In this document: positions 1 to 8,840 of the stretch, piece by piece | Numbering within the stretch: the first letter of the stretch is position 1 | Layout of the letters: every line of letters starts with the position of its first letter | Assembly: GCA_963828465.1 (NCBI GenBank) | Contig: CAWHEU010000004.1 | Span: 64,001-128,000, forward strand | DNA: 64,000 bases | Direction: 5' to 3' | Source: an uncultured Acidobacteriota bacterium | Lineage (GTDB): Bacteria > Actinomycetota > Acidimicrobiia > Spongiisociales > ZC4RG35 | Notes under the pieces: model-generated | What the model saw: the letters and a program-made list of their open reading frames with translations, nothing else | Databases searched by the model: none | What the model was told of the DNA's origin: nothing | Program-made: the position numbers and the translations under genes

Positions 1-920
1 GTGACATGGGTCGGGCTCAACTCGATTTGGACCCCGGTGCTCTCGAGCCGGGCCACAGCAAGGAGATCGTCGACCATACGGGTCATCTCGGCCGCCTCGT
101 TGGCGATTATCTGGGAGACCTCGACGGCAGTCGCCTGGTCCTCGGCTCCACCGTCTGTGAGGATCTCCGCGAACCCGTAGATCGAAGTGAGCGGGGTACG
201 CAGCTCGTGGGAGAGGCCGGCGATGAATTCGTCCTTGGCCCGCCCGATCTCCCTCTCCTTCTCCAGTTCTAGATCGACCTTGAGACGGAGCTCACGCATC
301 TGGCGGCGGGCCACGAAGCGGTAGATGAGCACTGCCGATGCGGGAATGGCCAGCATGAGGAAGAACTGGATGAACTCGGTGGTACGGCGGGAACCCGCCG
401 TGTTGGCGTCGATCTGGGCCTGAATCTCGGTCTGCTCGGTCTGGAGGGAGTCGACCAGGCCGGTGTAGGCCCGCTCCCCATCGTTCATCAACATTGCTTT
501 GGATGCGCTGAAGTCACCGTTGTCGAGGTGGGCCAGAGCCTCGTCCATCCGGGCCAGGAAATGGGTCAGTGCCGCGGTAGAGACGCTCGACCCCGAGGCA
601 TCGAGGAGCTCGGCCAGCCGTTCCCGCGCATCGTGGGCCTCGCCCATTGCAGCTGCCAGGTCGTCCTGTGTGACGAGCCCGCTGCCCGCCAGTTCCGAGA
701 AGGTGGTGGCCTGGACCACTGCCGCTCGGGTCAGGGCACCGGTGCCGAGGGTGGCATTGGTCCAATGCAGGTCGGAGGCGTTCCCCGCCACGCGGGCTGC
801 GCCGACCGAGTTGGCGAAGGTGAGACCAACGACGAGGACGACGAGCACCAGCGTTGCCCCGATGGCGATCCCAACCGCGCGTCGCCGCGCTGTTGGACTG
901 GACAGGCGCTCCGTCCCCAT
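1..920 (-). CDS. Membrane sensor histidine kinase (3' end outside window)
   Basis: Manual minus-strand translation from ATG 920: MGTERLSS.., TM segment (GIAIGATLVLVVLVVGL), second TM, then HisKA H-box DEFIAGLSHELRTPLTSIYGFAEIL; frame stays open to the window edge, so it is absent from the ORF track. Confidence 0.9.
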   Translation of the reverse strand, partial: MGTERLSSPTARRRAVGIAIGATLVLVVLVVGLTFANSVGAARVAGNASDLHWTNATLGTGALTRAAVVQATTFSELAGSGLVTQDDLAAAMGEAHDARERLAELLDASGSSVSTAALTHFLARMDEALAHLDNGDFSASKAMLMNDGERAYTGLVDSLQTEQTEIQAQIDANTAGSRRTTEFIQFFLMLAIPASAVLIYRFVARRQMRELRLKVDLELEKEREIGRAKDEFIAGLSHELRTPLTSIYGFAEILTDGGAEDQATAVEVSQIIANEAAEMTRMVDDLLAVARLESTGVQIELSPTHV

Positions 921-1048
921 GATGATTGGTTATCGGAGATTTCGCGCATTTTTCTTTAGGGGCCGGTGGACCCTTGCGCGGGCCTCAAGGTCGGTCCCCG
1001 GGGCACCAACTCGTGCTCGTCGAAAAACCTCGACGAGGGTATGGATTC

Positions 1049-1070
1049 TGTCGGGGTCCTGTTGTAGTGT
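1049..1070 (+). promoter_or_regulatory. PafBC/RecA-NDp-type DNA-damage promoter
   Basis: TGTCGG-ggtcctgttg-TA-gtg-T, exact match to the mycobacterial TGTCGG-N10-TA-N3-T consensus, 7 nt before the DUF222 ATG. Confidence 0.75.
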
Positions 1071-1085
1071 CGAACGTATGTTCGA
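1070..1085 (+). promoter_or_regulatory. LexA (SOS) box overlapping the start codon
   Basis: TCGAAC-gtat-GTTCGA, actinobacterial SOS consensus TCGAAC-N4-GTTCGA. Confidence 0.85.
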
Positions 1086-2376
1086 TACCGAGATTCTGCC
1101 ACCTGATCTCGACCTTCTCGATTCGGAGCAGGTGGACGACCACGGGCTGCCTGCTGATCTAGAAACGATCCCACCGGGTCTGCTGCTGGCAGTGATCCTG
1201 TCCAGCGTGGACCGGGATGAATTGTCGGGGTTTGACCGGGTGGAATTGTTGAAGGCTCGGAGCCGGCTGATTTCTCATCTTCAAGCCGAGCTGTACGCCG
1301 ACATCCATTCCGTCTCCGAGGCGGTCTCGGACCTGGACCGCTTCGAACATCGGGACGGGTTCTGTATCACCGCCTCCGAAGTCCAGGCAGCGCTCACTCT
1401 GACCCGTCGGGCCGGGGAGATGCACACTGATCTCGCCTTCCAACTCCGCGACCGTCTGCCCGGTGTGTGGGAGGCGCTTCATGATGGTTTCATCGACCTG
1501 GCCAGGGCTCGAGTCCTCTCCGACCAGACCTGTCATCTCCCCCAGGACCTCGCCCAACAGGTATGTGATGCCGCGCTAGAGCGGGCGCCGGACCAGACCA
1601 CGGGGCAACTCCGCGCCCGGATCCAAAGGTTGATCATCTCGATCGATCCGGCCTCGGCCCGGGACCGGTACGAGGAGAAGCTGAAGGAGCGACGGGTGAT
1701 ATCCGAGATGACCGATGAAGGTACGGCCAACCTCCACGGTCTCGACCTGCCTCCGGCCGACGCCCATGCCGCGATGCGAAGGATCAACCGGATGGCCCGG
1801 TACCTCAAGGCCAAAGGTGACAAACGACCGATCGACCAGATCCGAGCCGACATCCTCTTGGACCTTCTCACCGGCCGCAATCAGGGTCAGAGCCAAGGCG
1901 TCGACCGGGGAGTGGTCGACGTGAGGGTGGAGATGACCACCCTGGCCGGGATCGACGACAAACCCGGAGAAATACCGGGATGGGGACCTGTCATCGCCGA
2001 TGTCGCCCGTCAGATCGTGGACGAACAACCCGATTCCGAATGGCGGATCGTCACCACCGACGACAACGGGCACCCGGTCGGTGTGGTCACCACCAAGAGA
2101 CGACCGACGACCACCCAGAAGCGGATCGTCGAGACCAGGAATCCGACCTGTGTCTACCCCGGTTGTCGCATCGACTCAGCTCAATGCGATCTCAATCACG
2201 AGGTCCCCTGGGCAGAAGCCCACCACACGACGTGCCCAGAGCTAGGACCACTCTGCCGCCACCACCACAAAAACCACCACCACCGTGGATGGAAACTGAA
2301 ACAGACGAGACCCGGTCACTACCAGTGGACCAGCCCACTTGGACACAAGTATGCGACCGGCCCCGACCCACCCTGA
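1078..2376 (+). CDS. DUF222 domain / HNH-type nuclease (13E12 repeat family-like)
   Basis: Start re-set to MFDTEILPP; DUF222-like core (DQIRADILLDLL, GEIPGWGPV) and C-terminal CVYPGC..CDLNH..LCRHHH..GW..WTSPLG motif. Confidence 0.88.
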   Translation: MFDTEILPPDLDLLDSEQVDDHGLPADLETIPPGLLLAVILSSVDRDELSGFDRVELLKARSRLISHLQAELYADIHSVSEAVSDLDRFEHRDGFCITASEVQAALTLTRRAGEMHTDLAFQLRDRLPGVWEALHDGFIDLARARVLSDQTCHLPQDLAQQVCDAALERAPDQTTGQLRARIQRLIISIDPASARDRYEEKLKERRVISEMTDEGTANLHGLDLPPADAHAAMRRINRMARYLKAKGDKRPIDQIRADILLDLLTGRNQGQSQGVDRGVVDVRVEMTTLAGIDDKPGEIPGWGPVIADVARQIVDEQPDSEWRIVTTDDNGHPVGVVTTKRRPTTTQKRIVETRNPTCVYPGCRIDSAQCDLNHEVPWAEAHHTTCPELGPLCRHHHKNHHHRGWKLKQTRPGHYQWTSPLGHKYATGPDPP

Positions 2377-2382
2377 CGGCGG

Positions 2383-3177
2383 TCACTCCACGCGGTTCAG
2401 CCAGTTATCTGCGGCCTCACCCACCACCGAGTCGAATTTGAGCCCCATGAGGATGACCCCGGCCGCCCCCGCGTCCTGGGCTCGTTTCTCCAACTCAGTA
2501 GTCAGCTCCCATGCCAGTTTTCGGCCCACCTCGGGCGTGAGGTCGGCCAACCGCTCCTTGAGGCCATCGGTAGACGGGACCGACCCGATCGCCTCCATCT
2601 GCTCGACCCAGGACGGGCTGAACGGAGGGATGATCATGACGAAGACGGGAGGATCCTCCGGCTTCAGGTTGAGCAGGCCCAAGTGCCGCTCCATCACCTC
2701 GGGGTCGAGGATCGGCCCGGTGACGAAGAATTGGGCGCCCAGCTCGATCCTCCTCCGGAACTGCCATTCGCGGAACCGTGAGGGCATGCCCACCTCGAAA
2801 TCGGGCAGGTTCTCCTGGAGCTCCCGTAGGTGTTCGACGATCTCGTAATGATGGGCGAGATGGTCGACGTGGGGAACGGTGTCGCCAATGACGACGAGGA
2901 AAGAGTCAACGCCGTTGCCGAGGGCCCCTCGCACCTCTGATTCGATGGCCAGGATGTTCCGGTCTCGGGTCGACACCACCACGGTGGGGTGCACGTCCGG
3001 GGTGTCGTGCGTGATGCGGGCTGAGAACGCATAAGGCGAAACCCGGATCCGTCCAAAGACGTTGTCGGTGACCAGCACATGGCTCCACGCCGGAGACAGA
3101 CTCCGATGCTGGAGGTTGGGGAGCTCAGGTGGGTTGATCTCGGCGATCCTGAGCCAGCCGTCAGCCTTTGTCAGCAT
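2383..3177 (-). CDS. Methylenetetrahydrofolate reductase-like protein (YitJ C-terminal type)
   Basis: Start MLTKADG at 3177 overlapping the metH end; motifs AEINPP, VTDN, RDRN, VIGD, GAQFFVTGP. Confidence 0.75.
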   Translation of the reverse strand: MLTKADGWLRIAEINPPELPNLQHRSLSPAWSHVLVTDNVFGRIRVSPYAFSARITHDTPDVHPTVVVSTRDRNILAIESEVRGALGNGVDSFLVVIGDTVPHVDHLAHHYEIVEHLRELQENLPDFEVGMPSRFREWQFRRRIELGAQFFVTGPILDPEVMERHLGLLNLKPEDPPVFVMIIPPFSPSWVEQMEAIGSVPSTDGLKERLADLTPEVGRKLAWELTTELEKRAQDAGAAGVILMGLKFDSVVGEAADNWLNRVE

Positions 3178-6100
3178 CTCGGTCCTCCCTCGGTTTGCGG
3201 GCGACGAAATACTTCGCCTGGGGGTGATGGCAGATGATCGCCGACGTGGTCTGCTCCGGCTGGTACTGGTAGAAGGTCTCCTCGCCAACGGTGATCCCGA
3301 TGCGATCGGCGCCGAGCAGATAGGCCACCTTCTCGTTGTCCTCCAGGTCGGGACAGGCCGGGTATCCCCACGAGAAGCGCCCGCCCCGGTATTGCTGACG
3401 GAACAACCCGAGCAGCGATGGCCCGTCCTCGTCGACGAACCCCCACTCCTCCCGGATCCTGTGATGCCAGTGTTCGGCCAGGGCCTCCGCCATCTCCACA
3501 CCCAGACCGTGGAGGAGCAAGTAGTCGGTGTAGCGATCCTGATCGAACAACTCCTTGGTCCGGTCGGAGACCTTGTCACCCATGGTGACGATGTGGAAGG
3601 CCGCGTAATCGACCTCCTCACCGACAGGGCGAAAGAAGTCGGCGATGCACATGTACGGATCCTCCCGCTGCCTGGGGAAGCTGAATCGAGTCAACTCCCT
3701 CTGGGCGCTCACGTCGTCCCAGATGACGAGGTCGTTGCCGTCGCCATTCGCCGGGAAATAGCCGTAGACAACCTTCGGGTTCAGCAGGTCGTCGTGCCGG
3801 GCCAGCGCGATCTGTTCACGAAGCAACGGCGCCAGCCGCTCCTTGAAATCGAGGTCCCGCTCACCCTTCTCAGGCCGATACTGCCATTGGTTGCGGAAGA
3901 GGGCGGTCAGGTTGAGATAGGGGACGATCTCGTCGATCGAGACGCCCCGGATCACACGCGACCCGGTGAAGGGGGGCACGAAGATCTGGTTGTCCCGCTT
4001 GACGTCCGGGGACCGGGCCGGGATCACACCTCCCTCGGCCTCCCGTCCGTGATACTGCCGGGCCGCGATCGGCTCGGGGGCCGGTTCGCCGGCGACGATC
4101 TTTCCCATGGCCTCTAGGCCGGCGAAGGCGTTCTTGCCGTAATACAGCGGGCCCTGATAGCGCGATCGGAGATCTGCTTCGACGTAGTTCCTGGTCAAGG
4201 CGGCACCGCCGAGAAGGACGGGCACCTTGCCGAGGCCACGTCGCTCCAACTCCTCGAGGTTGTCCCTCATGATCAGCGTGCTCTTCACCAGGAGACCGCT
4301 CATCCCGATCGCGTCCGCTGAAGTCTCCTCGAACTTGGCGATCATTTCTGAGATGCCGATCTTGATGCCGAGGTTGTGTACCTCATAGCCGTTGTTGGTG
4401 AGGATGATGTCGACCAGGTTCTTGCCGATGTCGTGGACGTCGCCGGAAACGGTGGCCAGCACGATTCGGCCCCGTGTCGACCCTTCGGCCTTCTCCATCA
4501 TCGGCTCGAGGTAGGCGACCGCCTTCTTCATGGTCTCGGCCGACTTCAAGACGAACGGGAGTTGCATTTCACCGCTGGCGAACAGCTCGCCCACCGTCCG
4601 CATCCCATCGAGGAGGTAGTTGTTGATGATGTCGAGCGGCGTGGTGCCTTCGCCCAAGGCGACGTCGAGGTCAGCGATGACGTTCTTCTGGTCGCCGTCG
4701 ATGATGCGCTTGGCGAGACGCTCCCCCACCTCCATACCCTCGTAGTCGCTCTCCGACCTCTCGACTGTCTCGACTCCCGCGAACAGCTCGAGGAGTTTCT
4801 CCAACGGGTCGTATCCCTCGGCACGCCGGTCGTAGATGAGGTCGAGGCAGACCTGGCGCTGTTCAGGGTCGATCCGATTGAGCGGCTCGATCTTCCCGGC
4901 ATGGACGATGGCTGCGTCGAGACCTGCTTCGACCGCCTCATGGAGGAACACCGAATTGAGGACACGCCGCGCCGCCGGGTTCAGCCCGAACGAGACGTTG
5001 GACACGCCGAGCACGGTCCTCACCCCGGGCAGCTCGGTCTTGATCTGCCTGATGGCGTCGAGAGTGATCATCGCGTCTTTGCGCAGGTCGTCGCCACCGG
5101 TGGTGAGTGGGAACGTGAGGGCATCGAAGATCAGGTCCTCGGACCGAAGTCCGTAGCGCTCGACGGCGAGGTCGTGGATGCGATGGGCGATCCGCAGCTT
5201 CCACTCCAGGGTGCGAGCTTGACCCTCCTCGTCGATGAGCAGGCAGATGGCACCAGCGCCGTGCTTCCGAGCCAGGCCGAACACCCGATCGAGCCGTGAG
5301 CCCGGCTCTTCGCCATCCTCGAGGTTGGCACTGTTGAGCAGGCTGCGGCCGCCGAGCCGCTCCAGACCGGCCTCCATGACCTCGGGCTCGGTGGAGTCGA
5401 GCACCACGGGTGCGGCGACGTCGGTGGCAAAGGCGGCGGCCAGCCTTGTCATGTCGGCCACTCCGTCCCGCCCGACATAGTCCACACAGAGGTCGACGAG
5501 GTGGGCGCCTTCCTTCACCTGATCCTGGCCGACGGAGACGCAACTGTCGAGGTCGTCGACGAGAAGGGCATCTTTGAAGGCGCGAGAGCCGTTGGCGTTG
5601 GCGCGCTCCCCGATGATCAAGAACGATGTGTCCTGGTCGAAGGGGACCTGACTGTAGATCGAGGCGGCCGATGGGATCGTCTCTGGCCTGCGCTCGAGGA
5701 GAGGCAGAGGACGGGTCTTCTCGATGACCGCAGCCAGATGCTCGGGACTCGTGCCGCAACAACCTCCGATCACGCCGATCCCCATTTCGGTGACGAACTG
5801 GCCCAGATGGTGGGCGAGGTCGTCCGGTGAAAGGTCATAGGCCATCTGCCCGTCCTCGACATGGGGCAGACCGGCGTTTGGTATCGCCGACACCGGCAAT
5901 TTCGAGTGACGGGACAGGTGGCGCAGCGGCTCATACATCTCGGCCGGGCCGGTGGCACAGTTGAGGCCGATGACATCGGGTCCCAGCGCCTCCAGGGTGG
6001 TCAGGGCAGCGCCGATCTCGGTCCCGGGCAGCATCCGCCCGGTGAGCTCGATCGTGACCTGGACCTGGAGCGGGATCTCGACACCGGCGCTCTTCATCGC

Positions 6101-6646
6101 CCGTCGAGCGCCCTCGATAGCGGCTTTGGCACCAAGGAGGTCGAATTGGGTCTCGATGATCAGGAGGTCGGCGCCCCCGTCGATCAGCCCGGAGGATTCG
6201 ACCTCATACGCATCGGCGAGGTCTCTATAGGAGATCTGGCCAAGGGTGGCGAACTTGGTCCCGGGGCCGATCGACCCTGCGACGAATCGCGGTCGTCCGT
6301 CTGCTTTGACGAACTCGTCCACAGTCTCTCTGGCCAGCGTCGCCCCGGACGCGGCGATCTCATACGACTGGTCCTCGAGCCCGTACTCACCCAGCGGGAC
6401 AGAGAAGGCTCCGAAGGTGTTGGTCTCGACCACATCGACGCCGACTTCGAGGAAGGACCGATGAAGGTCCCTGATCACGTCGGGACGACGCAGGTTCAAC
6501 AGCTCGTTACATCCCTCCAAGGACGGACCCCCGAAGTCGTCGGCAGTGAGGCCGACCATCTGCAGGTTGGTGCCCGTAGCCCCGTCGAAAATGACGAGTC
6601 CGGATTGGACGAAATCTATGTAGTCGCTCGGCCGAGCCTCGCTCAA
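3161..6646 (-). CDS. metH: Cobalamin-dependent methionine synthase
   Basis: DGATGT, GLNCATGP, GGCCGT, IIGERAN, B12 motif GDVHDIGKN..SGLL, reactivation domain GYPACP. Confidence 0.97.
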   Translation of the reverse strand: MSEARPSDYIDFVQSGLVIFDGATGTNLQMVGLTADDFGGPSLEGCNELLNLRRPDVIRDLHRSFLEVGVDVVETNTFGAFSVPLGEYGLEDQSYEIAASGATLARETVDEFVKADGRPRFVAGSIGPGTKFATLGQISYRDLADAYEVESSGLIDGGADLLIIETQFDLLGAKAAIEGARRAMKSAGVEIPLQVQVTIELTGRMLPGTEIGAALTTLEALGPDVIGLNCATGPAEMYEPLRHLSRHSKLPVSAIPNAGLPHVEDGQMAYDLSPDDLAHHLGQFVTEMGIGVIGGCCGTSPEHLAAVIEKTRPLPLLERRPETIPSAASIYSQVPFDQDTSFLIIGERANANGSRAFKDALLVDDLDSCVSVGQDQVKEGAHLVDLCVDYVGRDGVADMTRLAAAFATDVAAPVVLDSTEPEVMEAGLERLGGRSLLNSANLEDGEEPGSRLDRVFGLARKHGAGAICLLIDEEGQARTLEWKLRIAHRIHDLAVERYGLRSEDLIFDALTFPLTTGGDDLRKDAMITLDAIRQIKTELPGVRTVLGVSNVSFGLNPAARRVLNSVFLHEAVEAGLDAAIVHAGKIEPLNRIDPEQRQVCLDLIYDRRAEGYDPLEKLLELFAGVETVERSESDYEGMEVGERLAKRIIDGDQKNVIADLDVALGEGTTPLDIINNYLLDGMRTVGELFASGEMQLPFVLKSAETMKKAVAYLEPMMEKAEGSTRGRIVLATVSGDVHDIGKNLVDIILTNNGYEVHNLGIKIGISEMIAKFEETSADAIGMSGLLVKSTLIMRDNLEELERRGLGKVPVLLGGAALTRNYVEADLRSRYQGPLYYGKNAFAGLEAMGKIVAGEPAPEPIAARQYHGREAEGGVIPARSPDVKRDNQIFVPPFTGSRVIRGVSIDEIVPYLNLTALFRNQWQYRPEKGERDLDFKERLAPLLREQIALARHDDLLNPKVVYGYFPANGDGNDLVIWDDVSAQRELTRFSFPRQREDPYMCIADFFRPVGEEVDYAAFHIVTMGDKVSDRTKELFDQDRYTDYLLLHGLGVEMAEALAEHWHHRIREEWGFVDEDGPSLLGLFRQQYRGGRFSWGYPACPDLEDNEKVAYLLGADRIGITVGEETFYQYQPEQTTSAIICHHPQAKYFVARKPREDRDADKG

Positions 6647-6709
6647 CGGTCACTCCTCTGTTTCTTCTCGAAACGCTTGAAGAGCGCCGGGAGCCAAGGG
6701 CTCCGGCAA

Positions 6710-6792
6710 CTCATCGATCCAGGCATTGGCACCGTGCTTGCGCCGGTTGCCGCGGTTTCATCGGGCCTGATCCCTCAACCGCTCAAGATGAG
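6710..6792 (-). ncRNA. SAM-I riboswitch aptamer (compact, apparently lacking P4)
   Basis: Minus strand CTCATC..GAGCGGTTGAGGGATCAGGCCCGATGAAACCGCGGCAACC..GGTGCCAATGCCTGG..GATGAG: P1 CTCATC/GATGAG, kink-turn, GCAACC/GGTGC core; directly upstream of metH. Confidence 0.92.
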
Positions 6793-6849
6793 CGCTTCGT
6801 CAGTGTTGAGACTATTGGATTTCAGCGGATTTGTGCAACATCCCCGGGT

Positions 6850-7239
6850 TCATCTGGAGGATGCGAGCTGAATGAGGTTGCCGCAAGTGTCATCGAGCAC
6901 GGTCGTGGTGATATCCCCCATCTCCAGTGGTTCCTGGGTGAAACGAACGCCGGCTGCGCTGAGCCGCTCGTATTCGGCACGGGCGTCATCCACGGCGAAA
7001 GACGCGAAGGGAATGCCGTCCTCCACCAGCGCCTTCTTGAAAACCCCGGCCGCAGGATGGTTGTCCGGCTCCAGAACGAGTTCCGGTCCATCGGGATCGG
7101 CTGGTGAGCAGACGGTCAGCCATCTGTACTCCCCAGCAGGGATCTCGGTCTTCTTCTCGAACCCGAGCTTCTCCGTGTAGAAGTCGAGTGCCTTGTCCTG
7201 ATCGTCCACCAGGACCGATGTGACGTTGATTCGGATCAT
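6850..7239 (-). CDS. VOC/glyoxalase family protein
   Basis: VDDQDKALDFYTEKLGF..DTCGNLIQL. Confidence 0.9.
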   Translation of the reverse strand: MIRINVTSVLVDDQDKALDFYTEKLGFEKKTEIPAGEYRWLTVCSPADPDGPELVLEPDNHPAAGVFKKALVEDGIPFASFAVDDARAEYERLSAAGVRFTQEPLEMGDITTTVLDDTCGNLIQLASSR

Positions 7240-7520
7240 CCTTCTTCCCTCTCGCTAGGGGGCCAACGCTCGACGATGCTCTGCAACGGCGAGGTGTTGA
7301 CGTGATGGAACTTGTACCGACCCTCACGCTGGGTACTGAGCAGACCGGCCTCTTCCAGAACATCCAGGTGCTGGGAGATGGCTTGCCGGGACGGGCTCAA
7401 ACCGTGTTTCATCGCCAGTCGGGCGCATATCTCGAACAGGGTCTGACCGTCCTTGTCGCTCAACTCGTCGAGGATCGCCCGCCGCGTGGGGTCGGCAAGA
7501 GCCTTGAACATGTCGCTCAT
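7236..7520 (-). CDS. ArsR/SmtB family transcriptional regulator
   Basis: FKALADPTRRAIL..SRQAISQHLDVLEEAGL; 4-bp overlap with the VOC gene. Confidence 0.9.
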   Translation of the reverse strand: MSDMFKALADPTRRAILDELSDKDGQTLFEICARLAMKHGLSPSRQAISQHLDVLEEAGLLSTQREGRYKFHHVNTSPLQSIVERWPPSEREEG

Positions 7521-7579
7521 GGCCCTGTCATCATAGGCAAGTCGTTACTTGCCTGTCGAACCCGCCTTCGTTTCGTGCA

Positions 7580-7608
7580 TTGACTTGAACCCCGATCCTG
7601 GATACCTT
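7580..7608 (+). promoter_or_regulatory. Housekeeping sigma promoter for the hom leader
   Basis: TTGACT-17 nt-TACCTT, 9 nt before the leader ATG. Confidence 0.65.
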
Positions 7609-7617
7609 TCCTGTCAC

Positions 7618-7683
7618 ATGAGCGCCTGGCTCACGACCGGTATGACGACCACGACCGAAAGGCCGTGCGACTCGTCCGTGTAA
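7618..7683 (+). CDS. Thr/Met-rich attenuation leader peptide (MSAWLTTGMTTTTERPCDSSV)
   Basis: 21-codon ORF with 6 Thr codons (ACG/ACC) and an internal Met, between the promoter and a terminator upstream of hom. Confidence 0.8.
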   Translation: MSAWLTTGMTTTTERPCDSSV

Positions 7684-7708
7684 CCAGCGACACCACCACA
7701 CGAAACAC

Positions 7709-7740
7709 GAGATCCGCACCGGCAGGGAGCGGATCTTTTT
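7709..7740 (+). terminator. Intrinsic terminator of the hom attenuator
   Basis: AGATCCGC/GCGGATCT stem followed by a T run; 5' arm can alternatively pair with 7665-7681. Confidence 0.8.
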
Positions 7741-7814
7741 GATTCCCGACCCGGTAGCGGCCATCGGAGAAGCGAAGGTCACATGAGAGAGCAGACAGAA
7801 TCGAGGCGGAGGCC

Positions 7815-8840
7815 ATGACCGTCCGCGTCGGCGTGCTCGGTGCCGGAACCGTCGGTGGCGCCCTGGTCAACCGGCTGTTGACCGACCGTGACGCCATCAG
7901 ACTGAAATCAGGCGTTGATCTAGAGGTCCGGCGTGTCGCGGTGAGGGACCTGGCCAAGGAGCGTCCCTTCGCCATCAAGGCAGACCGGCTGACCGACGAC
8001 GCGGTGTCGGTCGTCACCGACCCTTCGATCGACGTGATCGTCGAGGTGATCGGTGGCCTCGAGCCGGCGGGTGCCCTGGTCCTGGCCGCCTTGCGCTCGG
8101 GAAAGCCCGTGGTCACCGCCAACAAGGAGCTCATCGCCACCAGGGGCCAGGAGATCGTGGAGGCGGCAAAGCGGGCCGGGGTATCCGTCATGTACGAGGC
8201 GGCGGTGGGAGGTGGGATCCCGGTGATCCGCCCCCTTGCCGAGAGCCTCGCCGGCGAGGACATCGACGTGGTGAGCGGCATCGTGAACGGGACCACCAAC
8301 TACATCCTCACCGCGATGGCAAAAGAGGGCCGCAGCTATGACGACGCCCTGGCTGAGGCCCAGCGTCTCGGCTACGCCGAGACCGACCCCGCGGACGATG
8401 TCTCCGGGCGCGATGCTGCCTTCAAGACCTCGATCCTCGCCAGCCTCGCCTTCGGTGAGCGGGTCGCGCCGTGGGAAGTCGAATGTGAAGGGATCGAAGG
8501 CGTGACCGCCGACGACGTGGCCTCCGCCACCGAAAAGGGCGAGGTGATCAAGCTCATCGGCTCGGCGCAGAGGGGAATCGATGGGCGGGTCGAGGCAACG
8601 GTGAAGCCGCTGAGCCTTCCCGACGACCACCCGCTGGCCGGCGTCAACGGGGTGACCAACGCCATCTTCATCGAGGGGCCGTCGGTGGGCCGTCTCCTCT
8701 TCACCGGACCTGGGGCCGGGGGCCAGCCCACGGCTAGCGCGATGCTCGGCGATCTGATCCAGGTGGCCTCACGGGGCCGTGGCCCGAGGACCGGCTCGGC
8801 GCACGATCCCAAGCCGCGACGCCAGGTGCTCCACCGCTAG
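7815..8840 (+). CDS. hom: Homoserine dehydrogenase (no C-terminal ACT domain)
   Basis: GAGTVG, VVTANK, YEAAVGGGIP, GIVNGTTNYIL, GYAETDP, GPGAG; only 341 aa. Confidence 0.95.
   Translation: MTVRVGVLGAGTVGGALVNRLLTDRDAIRLKSGVDLEVRRVAVRDLAKERPFAIKADRLTDDAVSVVTDPSIDVIVEVIGGLEPAGALVLAALRSGKPVVTANKELIATRGQEIVEAAKRAGVSVMYEAAVGGGIPVIRPLAESLAGEDIDVVSGIVNGTTNYILTAMAKEGRSYDDALAEAQRLGYAETDPADDVSGRDAAFKTSILASLAFGERVAPWEVECEGIEGVTADDVASATEKGEVIKLIGSAQRGIDGRVEATVKPLSLPDDHPLAGVNGVTNAIFIEGPSVGRLLFTGPGAGGQPTASAMLGDLIQVASRGRGPRTGSAHDPKPRRQVLHR

Noticed and set aside
499-1077. N-terminal 193 aa of the 625-aa ORF
   Set aside because: It is the antisense shadow of the histidine kinase; promoter motifs place the real start at 1078.
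3062-6871. Long plus-strand ORFs opposite metH, and similar ones opposite the GH1, LacI, clpB and ABC genes
   Set aside because: Typical antisense open frames of high-GC coding sequence with no recognisable motifs.
7600-7790. T-box riboswitch upstream of hom
   Set aside because: No T-box bulge consensus or stem I visible; the leader-peptide model fits better.
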